Source: Candidatus Hermodarchaeota archaeon (GTDB taxonomy: Archaea; Asgardarchaeota; Thorarchaeia; Thorarchaeales; Thorarchaeaceae). From it: DNA of 13,722 bases. The stretch covers positions 1 through 13,722 of the forward strand of contig JBHLLF010000060.1 in the NCBI GenBank assembly GCA_048885865.1, given 5' to 3'. The notes beneath the pieces are model-generated. The model saw only the letters and a program-made list of their open reading frames with translations. It had not been told where the DNA came from and searched no databases. Each line of letters starts with the position of its first letter. The first letter of the stretch is position 1. This document shows positions 1 through 8,130 of this stretch, piece after piece. A program made the position numbers and the translations under genes.

Positions 1-3000
1 ATTGTTGCAGCTAGACTGGAGAGACCTAACTCCATCAAAGGTTGTCTAATTGGATTCGGTAAAGGTATCCATGAAATGATTAGTAGATAAACTGATACGC
101 CAACCAACGCGGCACGAGCGATGCCCAAGAGCATACCGGTCCTTTCACCTATAGTCAGTCTCGGCATGAACCGGAGGATTTCAAGGGCGACCAACACGGC
201 AAGCACCAAGTTGATGGTCATGAATGGGCTCAAGACTAGTGCTATAGCAATCCCAGTTGAGGCTGCAAAAACAGTCCATGTTACCTTGGTCCGAAGCTGC
301 TCAGGTATTGAGAGAAGCATTGATTCAAGCGCAACATAACCAGCAACAACAAGCGCCGCGTCGAGTGTATACAAATAGAAGTGCCAAAACAGGAAGGCGA
401 GCAAAGCACCTGTGACAACCGGATAAGCAAGAAGCACTCTATTGGCTTTGCTGAGAACTGGCGTCGCAATGAGCCCAAGACCAAATACGGCTAGAAGTGC
501 CTTGGATATGGGGTCGAATGGTGCCAAATAGAGACCTAGCAGCAATGCAGCACTGATTGCGAATGCTGCAAACTGAGCTTTTTGCTTAAAGAGGAGCGTC
601 AGAGGTGTCGATATTGAGAATAGAGCTGAAAACAGAGTAACTGCGCCAAGTATGTTCAGAATTGGATCTGTGATTTGAAGCAGCACAATCAAGTCAAGGC
701 TGACTACTGCACAAAGGATGATGAGTGCTATCGAATGGAGCCGCAGATTCTCAGACCTGCGAAGATGGAGAGCAGGAAGCCAGATGCACATACAGGTTAG
801 GATGAAGGTAAGTGCTGTTGGTGCTATGGGCACTGGATAGAAGGAGAATATTGGCACCAAGTAATAAACGAGTAATGAAGCGATGATGACTGAGAACAGA
901 GCAACAGCTGCCACAAGATGGATTGCAATGTACGCTAGGAAAACTTGCAGTGCCATCAACGCAGCAGCACCAAATGAAACAATTGCGCGCCAATATTGCC
1001 TGTAGGCGACCGGAATTGGCACCAAGAGCAAAAGGATGAAACTAAGAGTGTAGTTTGCAAAGTATAAGTGCGCCAACAAGGTAACGGAGGGAACGGCGAG
1101 CGCGATATAGAGGGCATTGACAATTCGAGGGGATCCGCCCATCAGTCTCAGAGGCAGCAATCCGAAGCCAAACAGAGCCGATGCTGAGAGAGCTGACTGG
1201 ATTTCTCCAAAACTCATGACGGTTTCTAGGAATATCCATGAGGATACCAGAGCAAGTATCATGAGCCAGGTTGTTGGGACGAAGTAGACTCTGATGGTTT
1301 CAGAGAATTTGCTTTTAGCTAGGGTTACCGCAAGGCAAGTGGCGGATACAGATGCAAGAAGACGAATTACAGCATGCAGCAGTTCCGTATAGAAGAACAC
1401 GAGAACTCCAAGTCCCAAAGCCGCTCCCAATATGCAGACTTGCAGGAGATAGGAAGGAGATTTTTCAGCTCGTCCGATAGCAGGCGCATACGCTAGGAAG
1501 AATGCCAAAGAAATCCAACCAATAATCGGTAGCGGGTCGTAACTGTAGAAAGGCGCAAGCCATTGCCAAGCTACGAACGCTAATCCGGCAAGCACAAACA
1601 CGGCCCATGATATGAGAATGAATTTCAGCAAGAATTGGCCTATGGAAATGAGTGCACGATGAAGGGCTGCTCCAAGTCTGCGAACTCCGAGCACAAGTGC
1701 TCTTCCAGCCCTTATTGCCGCAGCTGAAATCCATCTTCCAGCTTTGCGGTATTCGATATGGAGAATGGGTCCAGGCAATATAGCAACAAGCAGCAGTGTC
1801 AGAATGGGGAGCTCGTTCGACTGTATGGGGTCTTCGAACATCAGGGCCAGGAATAATGCTGCAAGTACCCCGGGCAAATATGCCAATCCAGTGTGGACTC
1901 GATTGAATCCAAGCCTCAATAAAGCAATCGAGCCTAGGAACCAGAGTAAGGAATAGAACACTGAATCTAAAACATCGATTGCCATAAAGTAGTAGAATTG
2001 CCAGAATGTGATTAAAGCCAATGAACCAAGAAACAGGATGAGCGCTAATGATAGATAGCGATGACGGTTTGACAGGCTTCGAAAGACTAGGAGACCGACA
2101 ATCCCCACTCCAGCAAACAAAGCGGCAAGTACACCTAGAATTGAAATCGGATATCCTGGCAATGGCTGCAGCATTGGGTTGATGTAGCTGAATAGAATAA
2201 TGCAGAGCGTCAGATCGGCGATAATTCCTGTCACGAGCATATTGCTCATAATCCATGCCTTGAGGTCTCTAAGACGACCTACTATTGAAAGCCAAATCCG
2301 TCTCCAGATTCTTCGTATCCATCTGAATAGGCCTGTCATTCCTGCGACAAACAAAGCAACCGATATTGTGAAGGAAATGAACACTGGCCAAAGATAGTAC
2401 TGAGTCCAAAGAAAGCCACTAACCGAAGCGATAGATACTATTGCCACGCCTATCGCTCTTACAGCCATATATTCTGAATCTCTAGTTAATCGCTCGCCCA
2501 ACCTGAAGAGAACTGGAGATGGCGCAAGGATTAGCAATCCGATGATGAATGCGATTGGTCCTATTAGATGAATTTCCGTCCCCCATATGCTTGGCTCGGA
2601 TAACCAAAGGAAGATGGATGGAATGCCTGCGGCCACAAGAATGAGTGAAATCCCTGACAGCGTATTGGCGTCCTCAGGAACGATTATCCTTTCTTCAGGA
2701 ACTGGTGGGCTCTCCTCATCCTCTTCGACAGCGGCTGCTAGCCCGATTTCTTCAAGAAGAGTGGTTCTGCGCTTCTTCTGCGATTTGCGAATCCATCTTG
2801 TACCTGCCCATGATTGGACACGCTTGGCGCATTGGGAAGTGATGAATAGTGTTGCGCCAAGCGTCACCAGAAATCCGGACACCAATAGAATGGGTGACAG
2901 AGCCGCGGAATTGATCAGGAAGTCAACAGTCAACATAGGTGGAGCGAGTGAAATGATGATTACATTAGGTACACCCAATCGAGCATACTTCTGCAAGTAT

Positions 3001-3533
3001 TGGAGTGCAATCGCGTAGATGGAAAGAGCCCCAATAAAGCCTGCCAGGATGAAGTAGATAGCGGTAGTGGTTTCCAAAAGCCAAAGCGCAAATGCAAGTG
3101 GGCCCGTCAATAAGATAGCTGGACCCAAAACCCACCCGACTCTATGAAACGTCTCATCTGAGATTCCTTCCCTATTTCGTAAGCTATTCAAAATCATGAT
3201 CGATGCTAATAGAAATCCATGAAGACTTAGAATAGAAGCCTGCATTGATTGCCATAATAGAGCAAGTGAAAGAGCAACGACGCCTGCACTCATGAACAGG
3301 AGAATTGTGCCTGAAAGCACCCTTTTCCTCCACACCAAAATGGACCCTGCAAGTGCAAGGCTGACTGACGTAGCTATTAACATCTGAACAAAGGTATCCT
3401 GCACAAAAGGCTGAATCAGGAAATAGGAAGCAAGCCAGACTGCTGCTGACACAATAAGAAGTACGGCAATAAGGGCGAAGAGCTGAATCCTATCTGCCCA
3501 ACGACTCGCTCTCTCGAATCCGTTTTCCTGCAT
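1..3533 (-). CDS. Giant polytopic membrane protein, 3'-truncated by the window edge (>=1177 aa, about 37-39 TM helices visible); not in the ORF track
   Basis: Manual translation from ATG at 3533 reads MQENGFERASRWADRIQLFALIAVLLIVSAAVWLASYFL... with no stop through position 3 (...PIRQPLMELGLSSLAAT). An in-frame TAG (3534-3536) immediately upstream fixes the start. The protein is a continuous series of ~20-aa hydrophobic segments with K/R-rich loops on alternate sides (positive-inside rule). The track probably missed it because it has no stop codon in the window. Confidence 0.95.
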   Translation of the reverse strand, partial: MQENGFERASRWADRIQLFALIAVLLIVSAAVWLASYFLIQPFVQDTFVQMLIATSVSLALAGSILVWRKRVLSGTILLFMSAGVVALSLALLWQSMQASILSLHGFLLASIMILNSLRNREGISDETFHRVGWVLGPAILLTGPLAFALWLLETTTAIYFILAGFIGALSIYAIALQYLQKYARLGVPNVIIISLAPPMLTVDFLINSAALSPILLVSGFLVTLGATLFITSQCAKRVQSWAGTRWIRKSQKKRRTTLLEEIGLAAAVEEDEESPPVPEERIIVPEDANTLSGISLILVAAGIPSIFLWLSEPSIWGTEIHLIGPIAFIIGLLILAPSPVLFRLGERLTRDSEYMAVRAIGVAIVSIASVSGFLWTQYYLWPVFISFTISVALFVAGMTGLFRWIRRIWRRIWLSIVGRLRDLKAWIMSNMLVTGIIADLTLCIILFSYINPMLQPLPGYPISILGVLAALFAGVGIVGLLVFRSLSNRHRYLSLALILFLGSLALITFWQFYYFMAIDVLDSVFYSLLWFLGSIALLRLGFNRVHTGLAYLPGVLAALFLALMFEDPIQSNELPILTLLLVAILPGPILHIEYRKAGRWISAAAIRAGRALVLGVRRLGAALHRALISIGQFLLKFILISWAVFVLAGLAFVAWQWLAPFYSYDPLPIIGWISLAFFLAYAPAIGRAEKSPSYLLQVCILGAALGLGVLVFFYTELLHAVIRLLASVSATCLAVTLAKSKFSETIRVYFVPTTWLMILALVSSWIFLETVMSFGEIQSALSASALFGFGLLPLRLMGGSPRIVNALYIALAVPSVTLLAHLYFANYTLSFILLLLVPIPVAYRQYWRAIVSFGAAALMALQVFLAYIAIHLVAAVALFSVIIASLLVYYLVPIFSFYPVPIAPTALTFILTCMCIWLPALHLRRSENLRLHSIALIILCAVVSLDLIVLLQITDPILNILGAVTLFSALFSISTPLTLLFKQKAQFAAFAISAALLLGLYLAPFDPISKALLAVFGLGLIATPVLSKANRVLLAYPVVTGALLAFLFWHFYLYTLDAALVVAGYVALESMLLSIPEQLRTKVTWTVFAASTGIAIALVLSPFMTINLVLAVLVALEILRFMPRLTIGERTGMLLGIARAALVGVSVYLLIISWIPLPNPIRQPLMELGLSSLAAT

Positions 3534-3628
3534 CTACATCCCCGAATACCATCGCGAATCCACAGAAAATTGGCGTCTTCTGAGGCAGAAGAAATCCTGT
3601 GGTGGCATCTAATATTAGGGAATTTGCA

Positions 3629-3645
3629 TTAATAAATTCGCTTCG
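3629..3645 (-). promoter_or_regulatory. Putative archaeal BRE-TATA promoter for the giant membrane protein gene
   Basis: Minus strand reads CGAAGCGAA-TTTATTAA (purine-rich BRE-like element followed by a TATA-like box), about 95 nt upstream of ATG 3533. Confidence 0.5.
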
Positions 3646-3729
3646 CTTGATTAAAACACTTCAAGCAATCCTTTTATCGACAATTTCGAAGGTTCAAATG
3701 AATGGTTCCTTCACGAGGATGCCAGCTGA

Positions 3730-3736
3730 GGGGTGA
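3730..3736 (+). promoter_or_regulatory. Ribosome-binding site (GGGGTGA) for the 3740 gene
   Basis: GGGGTGA is an archaeal-type Shine-Dalgarno sequence and ends 3 nt before ATG 3740. Confidence 0.7.
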
Positions 3737-3739
3737 AGC

Positions 3740-4270
3740 ATGCCAGAGAAAGTTGAGTGCCGTTATTGTAGTGCTATAAATGACCTAGGCGATGCGGAGT
3801 GTGCCAATTGTGGAGCCAACCTATCTGATGCCATCACACATGTTTCATGTGACAGATGTGGAATCCTCCTCAGAGAAGGGATAGATCCGGTAGGGCATTG
3901 CGTCGTATGCCAAACACCTGTTTTCCTCTGTGAAAAGCATAGGAAAAGAGTGGAGGATGATGAGGTCTACTGCAGAGAACATGAAACAGAGTGCTTTATA
4001 GCTACAGCTGTTATTGGCACTCCACTTCATCCGAAAATCGACCTTCTGAGAGAATTCCGAGATGAATGGCTTTCTGGCAGACTAATAGGCCGCATCGCAA
4101 TTCGGACCTACTACGATGTATCTCCGCCCATTGCTCGACGTGCAAGGCGAAATGACCGAATTCGGATGATTCTTCAACAGTTGATAGTGGAACCAGGTCT
4201 CAAGCTTGCACGAATAGTTCTCGGAAAGGAAGCCCATCCTCATCCCTTGAAAAGACACAACTCAAACTGA
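3740..4270 (+). CDS. Multi-zinc-ribbon/zinc-finger protein with C-terminal CFI-box-CTERM domain
   Basis: The N-terminal half has CRYC..CANC, CDRC..CVVC and CEKH..CREH ligand pairs. The C-terminal half, CFIATAVIG...LREFRDEWL...GRIAIRTYYDVSPPIA, matches the CFI-box-CTERM signature (CFIATA...LRxFRD...GR...YY..SPPxA). Good RBS. Confidence 0.88.
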   Translation: MPEKVECRYCSAINDLGDAECANCGANLSDAITHVSCDRCGILLREGIDPVGHCVVCQTPVFLCEKHRKRVEDDEVYCREHETECFIATAVIGTPLHPKIDLLREFRDEWLSGRLIGRIAIRTYYDVSPPIARRARRNDRIRMILQQLIVEPGLKLARIVLGKEAHPHPLKRHNSN

Positions 4271-4281
4271 GGATAGGCGCA

Positions 4282-4308
4282 CGAAATCGATTAATAGCAA
4301 GATAATCG
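4282..4308 (+). promoter_or_regulatory. Putative BRE-TATA promoter of the helicase gene, overlapped by a CGATTA-N9-TAATCG inverted repeat
   Basis: CGAAA (4282-4286) followed by TTAATA (4291-4296). Inverted-repeat arms are at 4288-4293 and 4303-4308. Confidence 0.4.
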
Positions 4309-4345
4309 CCTACAATTGAACGTGGTGAGTGAGGACCTGCCGATA

Positions 4346-7096
4346 ATGAAGGAATTTCCTCCAGAAACGAAATTTCGCTATACCTGGAGACCATATCAAG
4401 CACGTGTTCTGAGTGAGCTTGAAGAATACCTAGGCGACAACCGACTACACGTCGTTGCGGCTCCAGGGTCTGGAAAAACGCTTCTTGGATTGGAAGTTAT
4501 GAGAAGGCTGAACCAACCATCGATTATCCTAGCTCCTACCCTAGCAATCCGCGATCAATGGGTCTCAAGGCTTGTGGACTTTTTCATGCCTGAATGCAAT
4601 GAAACACCGGATTGGATTTCAACTGATATCTACCATCCGAGATTTGTGACAGTTTCAACGTACCAAGGCCTCTACAGTGCATGCTCTGGAGTTCTAGACG
4701 ACGACGAAGATTTCGACCTTGAAGAAATCGAATCAGAGGATGAGGATTCATTCAATAATGATTACTCAGAGGATATCGGAGAAGAACTCAATGAGTACAA
4801 TATAACCAGACTGCTACAAGAGTTATCGGTCAAGACAGTTGTCTTGGACGAAGCGCACCACCTCCGATCAAATTGGTGGCGTTGCTTGACGAGAGTTGTG
4901 CACGGACTGAAGGAAAGCACTGTTCTGGCGCTGACAGCAACACCCCCATATGATGTTTCGATGTTTGAGTGGGAACGATACATGGAGTTATGCGGCCCGA
5001 TAGATGCGGAGGTTTCTGTGCCTGAGCTTGTTCAGGAAGGGAATCTTTGTCCTCATCAAGACCTCGTTCTCTTTACATATCCTAGTCTTATTGAAGGAAA
5101 CAAGCTCAAGGAATTCAAGCAAGCAGTTGATGAGTTTGTTAAGGACCTTGAGTCAGATGAGGAGTTCCTAGGAGAGGTAAAGAACCACCCCTGGCTGAAC
5201 GACCCCGAAACGTTTGTGATTGAAATTCTAGATGACCCATCATTCTTCTCTAGTATGCTTGTCTACCTGAAACATCGCAAGGTAGTTCTACCAAAGCAAG
5301 CTATCGAGCTCGTTGCCGGTGAGCAGTTTGGAATTCCTTGGTTCGGCAAGGAATGGTTGGAAACTCTGCTCGAAGGGATGCTATTTCCCCCCGATGTTGA
5401 CCCTAGGGACTTGTCTCCAGTCCTGAAAAGAGTGAGGGATAGGCTCTATCGAATTGATGCTCTTGAGCGAAGAGATGTGAATCTGCATAGTACTAGGAAA
5501 CTGGATGCTGTTCTGAAACGAAGCATCACAAAGCTGTATGCTGTTCAAGCAATTGTGTCCATGGAACTCAAGGCGCTTGGTGAGAACCTTCGTATGGTCA
5601 TCCTTACAGATTACATAAGGAAGGCCTATCTCCCCAAGAGTGAACATGACCTTCCGAAATTGGATAGGATTGGTGTGGTGCCAATCTTTGAGGAGATTAG
5701 GCGATCGAATCTCAGTGGCATAAAGCTTGGTGTTCTTAGTGGTTCCTTGATAGTTGTTCCTACTGAGTCAACTGAACTCCTCCTTGAATGTGCTGATGAT
5801 TGTGAAATCCTTCGCGAATCAGTTTCAGTCAAACCCATTGCTGACCCAAGATTCTCAATGGTGACTATCAAGGGCATAGACAGGCAAAAGGCAGTACAGC
5901 TCATCACAGAGCTTTTCTCTAGGGGCGGGGTAACTGTCCTTGTAGGCACAAAGTCACTCCTAGGAGAAGGATGGGATGCACCATCAATCAACTCACTTGT
6001 GCTAGCGAGTTTCGTTGGATCCTATATGTTGTCCAACCAAATGCGAGGACGAGCTATCAGGACTGACCCAGAGCAGCCTGATAAGACATCCAATATCTGG
6101 CATCTGGTCTGTGTGGACCTCGACTCTGAGAGTGCAGGAAATGACTACCGCATTATGGAGAGACGCTTCAAGGCGTTTTTGGGAATATCCTTTGTTGAAT
6201 CAATTATAGAGAATGGTTTTGGCCGCCTTGGGGTTGGAGTTCCGCCATTTGACAAAGACGAGGTCCGGGAAATCAACTCATCAATGACAGCAAGGGCGAA
6301 GGACAGAACAGCTCTACAATTGGCCTGGGAGACTTCTCTTAGGCGAGGTGAAGAAGGAATCCGACTTGTAGAGGAAGTGAAGGCCAAAAAAGCACGACTT
6401 CCAGTCCCTCGAGGATTTGTTTTCAGGAATACCATCTCAGCACTCACCTGGGAAGTTCTGTTCCTATTCGGCTTCTTTGTTGCTCGGCAGATATTCTCGT
6501 GGGTTCTTCCGATTGGCAACCTTGGCTTGTCATTTCTATCATTTCTACCGATGCTTGGATTTCTCTACTTCATCCTCAGGTTTGCCCCAAAAGCGCTGAA
6601 GGCGATCTGGCTGTTTATCATGCACGGCCCTATCAAATCTAGCCTTGCTCAAGTCGGGAAAGCTGTGCTAGCCACCCTTTGCGAAGTTGGTGTAGTCAGA
6701 ACCTCATTTAATGATATGAGAGTTGTAGTGGAAGAAGGAAAGAAGGGTGAAGTTTTCTGTCATGTGGAAGGTGGCACAAGAAGAGAAAGAGCGACATATC
6801 TTAGTTCACTCAGGGAAGTACTGGGTCCAGTCGGATCTCCTAGATACCTTCTTCTAAGAAAATCAATGTTGGGAAACTCATTTGTTAGAAAGGACCTTCA
6901 TGCTGTTCCGACTGTTCTAGGAATCAAGAAGGTATATGCTGAATCCTTTGCGTCTCAATGGAAGAAGTACGTCGGTGAGATGGATTTGATTTATACTCGC
7001 AATAAGGAAGGGCGAATTGTACTACTCCGTGCTCGGAATCATTCACTCTCAGCTGGATTTCGACCTCGCTCTGAAAGGATCAGCCGTTGGAAGTAG
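4346..7096 (+). CDS. SF2 DEAH-box helicase (ResIII/SSL2-like) with a C-terminal two-TM hairpin
   Basis: Q-like motif WRPYQ, motif I AAPGSGKT, Ia APTLAI, II DEAH (4847-4858), III LTATP, V LLGEGWDAP, VI QMRGRAIR. Hydrophobic pair at about 6430-6620. ATG 4346 with upstream GGTGAGTGAGG is preferred over the track's TTG 4316. Confidence 0.92.
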   Translation: MKEFPPETKFRYTWRPYQARVLSELEEYLGDNRLHVVAAPGSGKTLLGLEVMRRLNQPSIILAPTLAIRDQWVSRLVDFFMPECNETPDWISTDIYHPRFVTVSTYQGLYSACSGVLDDDEDFDLEEIESEDEDSFNNDYSEDIGEELNEYNITRLLQELSVKTVVLDEAHHLRSNWWRCLTRVVHGLKESTVLALTATPPYDVSMFEWERYMELCGPIDAEVSVPELVQEGNLCPHQDLVLFTYPSLIEGNKLKEFKQAVDEFVKDLESDEEFLGEVKNHPWLNDPETFVIEILDDPSFFSSMLVYLKHRKVVLPKQAIELVAGEQFGIPWFGKEWLETLLEGMLFPPDVDPRDLSPVLKRVRDRLYRIDALERRDVNLHSTRKLDAVLKRSITKLYAVQAIVSMELKALGENLRMVILTDYIRKAYLPKSEHDLPKLDRIGVVPIFEEIRRSNLSGIKLGVLSGSLIVVPTESTELLLECADDCEILRESVSVKPIADPRFSMVTIKGIDRQKAVQLITELFSRGGVTVLVGTKSLLGEGWDAPSINSLVLASFVGSYMLSNQMRGRAIRTDPEQPDKTSNIWHLVCVDLDSESAGNDYRIMERRFKAFLGISFVESIIENGFGRLGVGVPPFDKDEVREINSSMTARAKDRTALQLAWETSLRRGEEGIRLVEEVKAKKARLPVPRGFVFRNTISALTWEVLFLFGFFVARQIFSWVLPIGNLGLSFLSFLPMLGFLYFILRFAPKALKAIWLFIMHGPIKSSLAQVGKAVLATLCEVGVVRTSFNDMRVVVEEGKKGEVFCHVEGGTRRERATYLSSLREVLGPVGSPRYLLLRKSMLGNSFVRKDLHAVPTVLGIKKVYAESFASQWKKYVGEMDLIYTRNKEGRIVLLRARNHSLSAGFRPRSERISRWK

Positions 7097-7219
7097 AATA
7101 GAAATCAGCTCTTTGGCCAGTGAGTTCCTTGTGACTAAAAGGCATTTCATAGATACGAAACTCAGAATCTGGGTGGAGCTACCGATAGTATCATAGGACC
7201 CTTTAATGCCCCGAAAGCC

Positions 7220-8122
7220 ATGCAACTCACACCGGATGCCATTTTTGGAACCGCTATTGGCTTCCTCGCGGCATCCATGTGGGCGGTATCTGTTGTTGTA
7301 TATCGGTCACAGAGTGACGAGATTAGACCTTTAGCTATTGGGTCCGTCAAGATGTGGGTAGCACTCGGATTCATGACCCTGCTTGTCATAATTCCATGGC
7401 GTCCAAATGCATTCTCGGTGCCGTTCGAGTCAATCATCTATTTGGCCCTCTCAGCAACGCTAGGGGCAGTTATCGGTGACACAATCCTGTTCATAAGCCA
7501 AGAAAGAATCGGTGTCTCTTATGCATTTCCAATTGCGATGTCATTTCCAGTTCTTACGTACATTCTAACAATTCTGATTCTTGGGGATGATGTTTCGGCG
7601 TTCCGATTCTTTGGCACCATAGTCGCAGTTTTGGGTCTCATTTTGATATCTCGTGAGCAAAATGAAGGTCAGGATGGTGAGGGTAACTCCCAATTTGACC
7701 TCTTGGGAATCGGAATGGCCCTCTTCACCATGGTCTGCTATGCAGTTGGAACTGTACTTCTTGAGATAGGAGTAACTGGGGTTGATCCAATTGACGCAAA
7801 TTTCGTGAGAATCGTCATCGGCTCTATTGAATTCGTTCCGGTCTATGTTGTTGCAAGCCATATGGGGATGCCAAGACCAACAAGACAGGCAACAAAGATT
7901 GTTGCAGTCGCAGGATTCTTCGGAATGGCTTTGGGCTCAGTGCTCTATGTTGTGATGGTGAAATATATCGGTGCAGCCATGGGATCGGTCATAGGTTCAA
8001 CCTCTCCGCTATTCGCTGTGCCAATATCAATGATCTTTCTGAAAGAGCGACCAACTAGACTAGCGCTTATTGGCATCCTAATCGCTATTCTTGGTGTCAT
8101 ACTTGTAGTAGGAGTCATTTGA
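7220..8122 (+). CDS. DMT/EamA-family transporter
   Basis: 300 aa with about 10 TM helices in two repeats. EamA-like motifs include IGVSYAFPI...FPVLT..L..LILGD and IGAAMGSVI.STSPLFA..ISMIFLKERPT. Confidence 0.93.
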   Translation: MQLTPDAIFGTAIGFLAASMWAVSVVVYRSQSDEIRPLAIGSVKMWVALGFMTLLVIIPWRPNAFSVPFESIIYLALSATLGAVIGDTILFISQERIGVSYAFPIAMSFPVLTYILTILILGDDVSAFRFFGTIVAVLGLILISREQNEGQDGEGNSQFDLLGIGMALFTMVCYAVGTVLLEIGVTGVDPIDANFVRIVIGSIEFVPVYVVASHMGMPRPTRQATKIVAVAGFFGMALGSVLYVVMVKYIGAAMGSVIGSTSPLFAVPISMIFLKERPTRLALIGILIAILGVILVVGVI

Positions 8123-8130
8123 CGATTCTA

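Noticed and set aside
121-3018. Nine track ORFs in 121-3018, including the 263-aa minus ORF 1465..2256 and the Ser-rich plus ORF 2587..3018
   Set aside because: All are off-frame or antisense shadows of the giant ORF complement(<1..3533). The poly-Ser run is the antisense of the EEDEE codons.
1-3533. Calling the giant protein a Piezo homologue
   Set aside because: The resemblance is only architectural (TM number, repeated bundles, amphipathic helices). No sequence motif supports it and the C-terminus is outside the window.
4316-4345. TTG start of the helicase given in the track
   Set aside because: ATG 4346 has an SD-like sequence upstream, and the candidate TATA box at 4291 would place the TSS near or after 4316.
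4346-7096. Helicase as a type I/III restriction subunit
   Set aside because: No recognisable PD-(D/E)xK nuclease motif, and no methyltransferase or specificity gene in the window.
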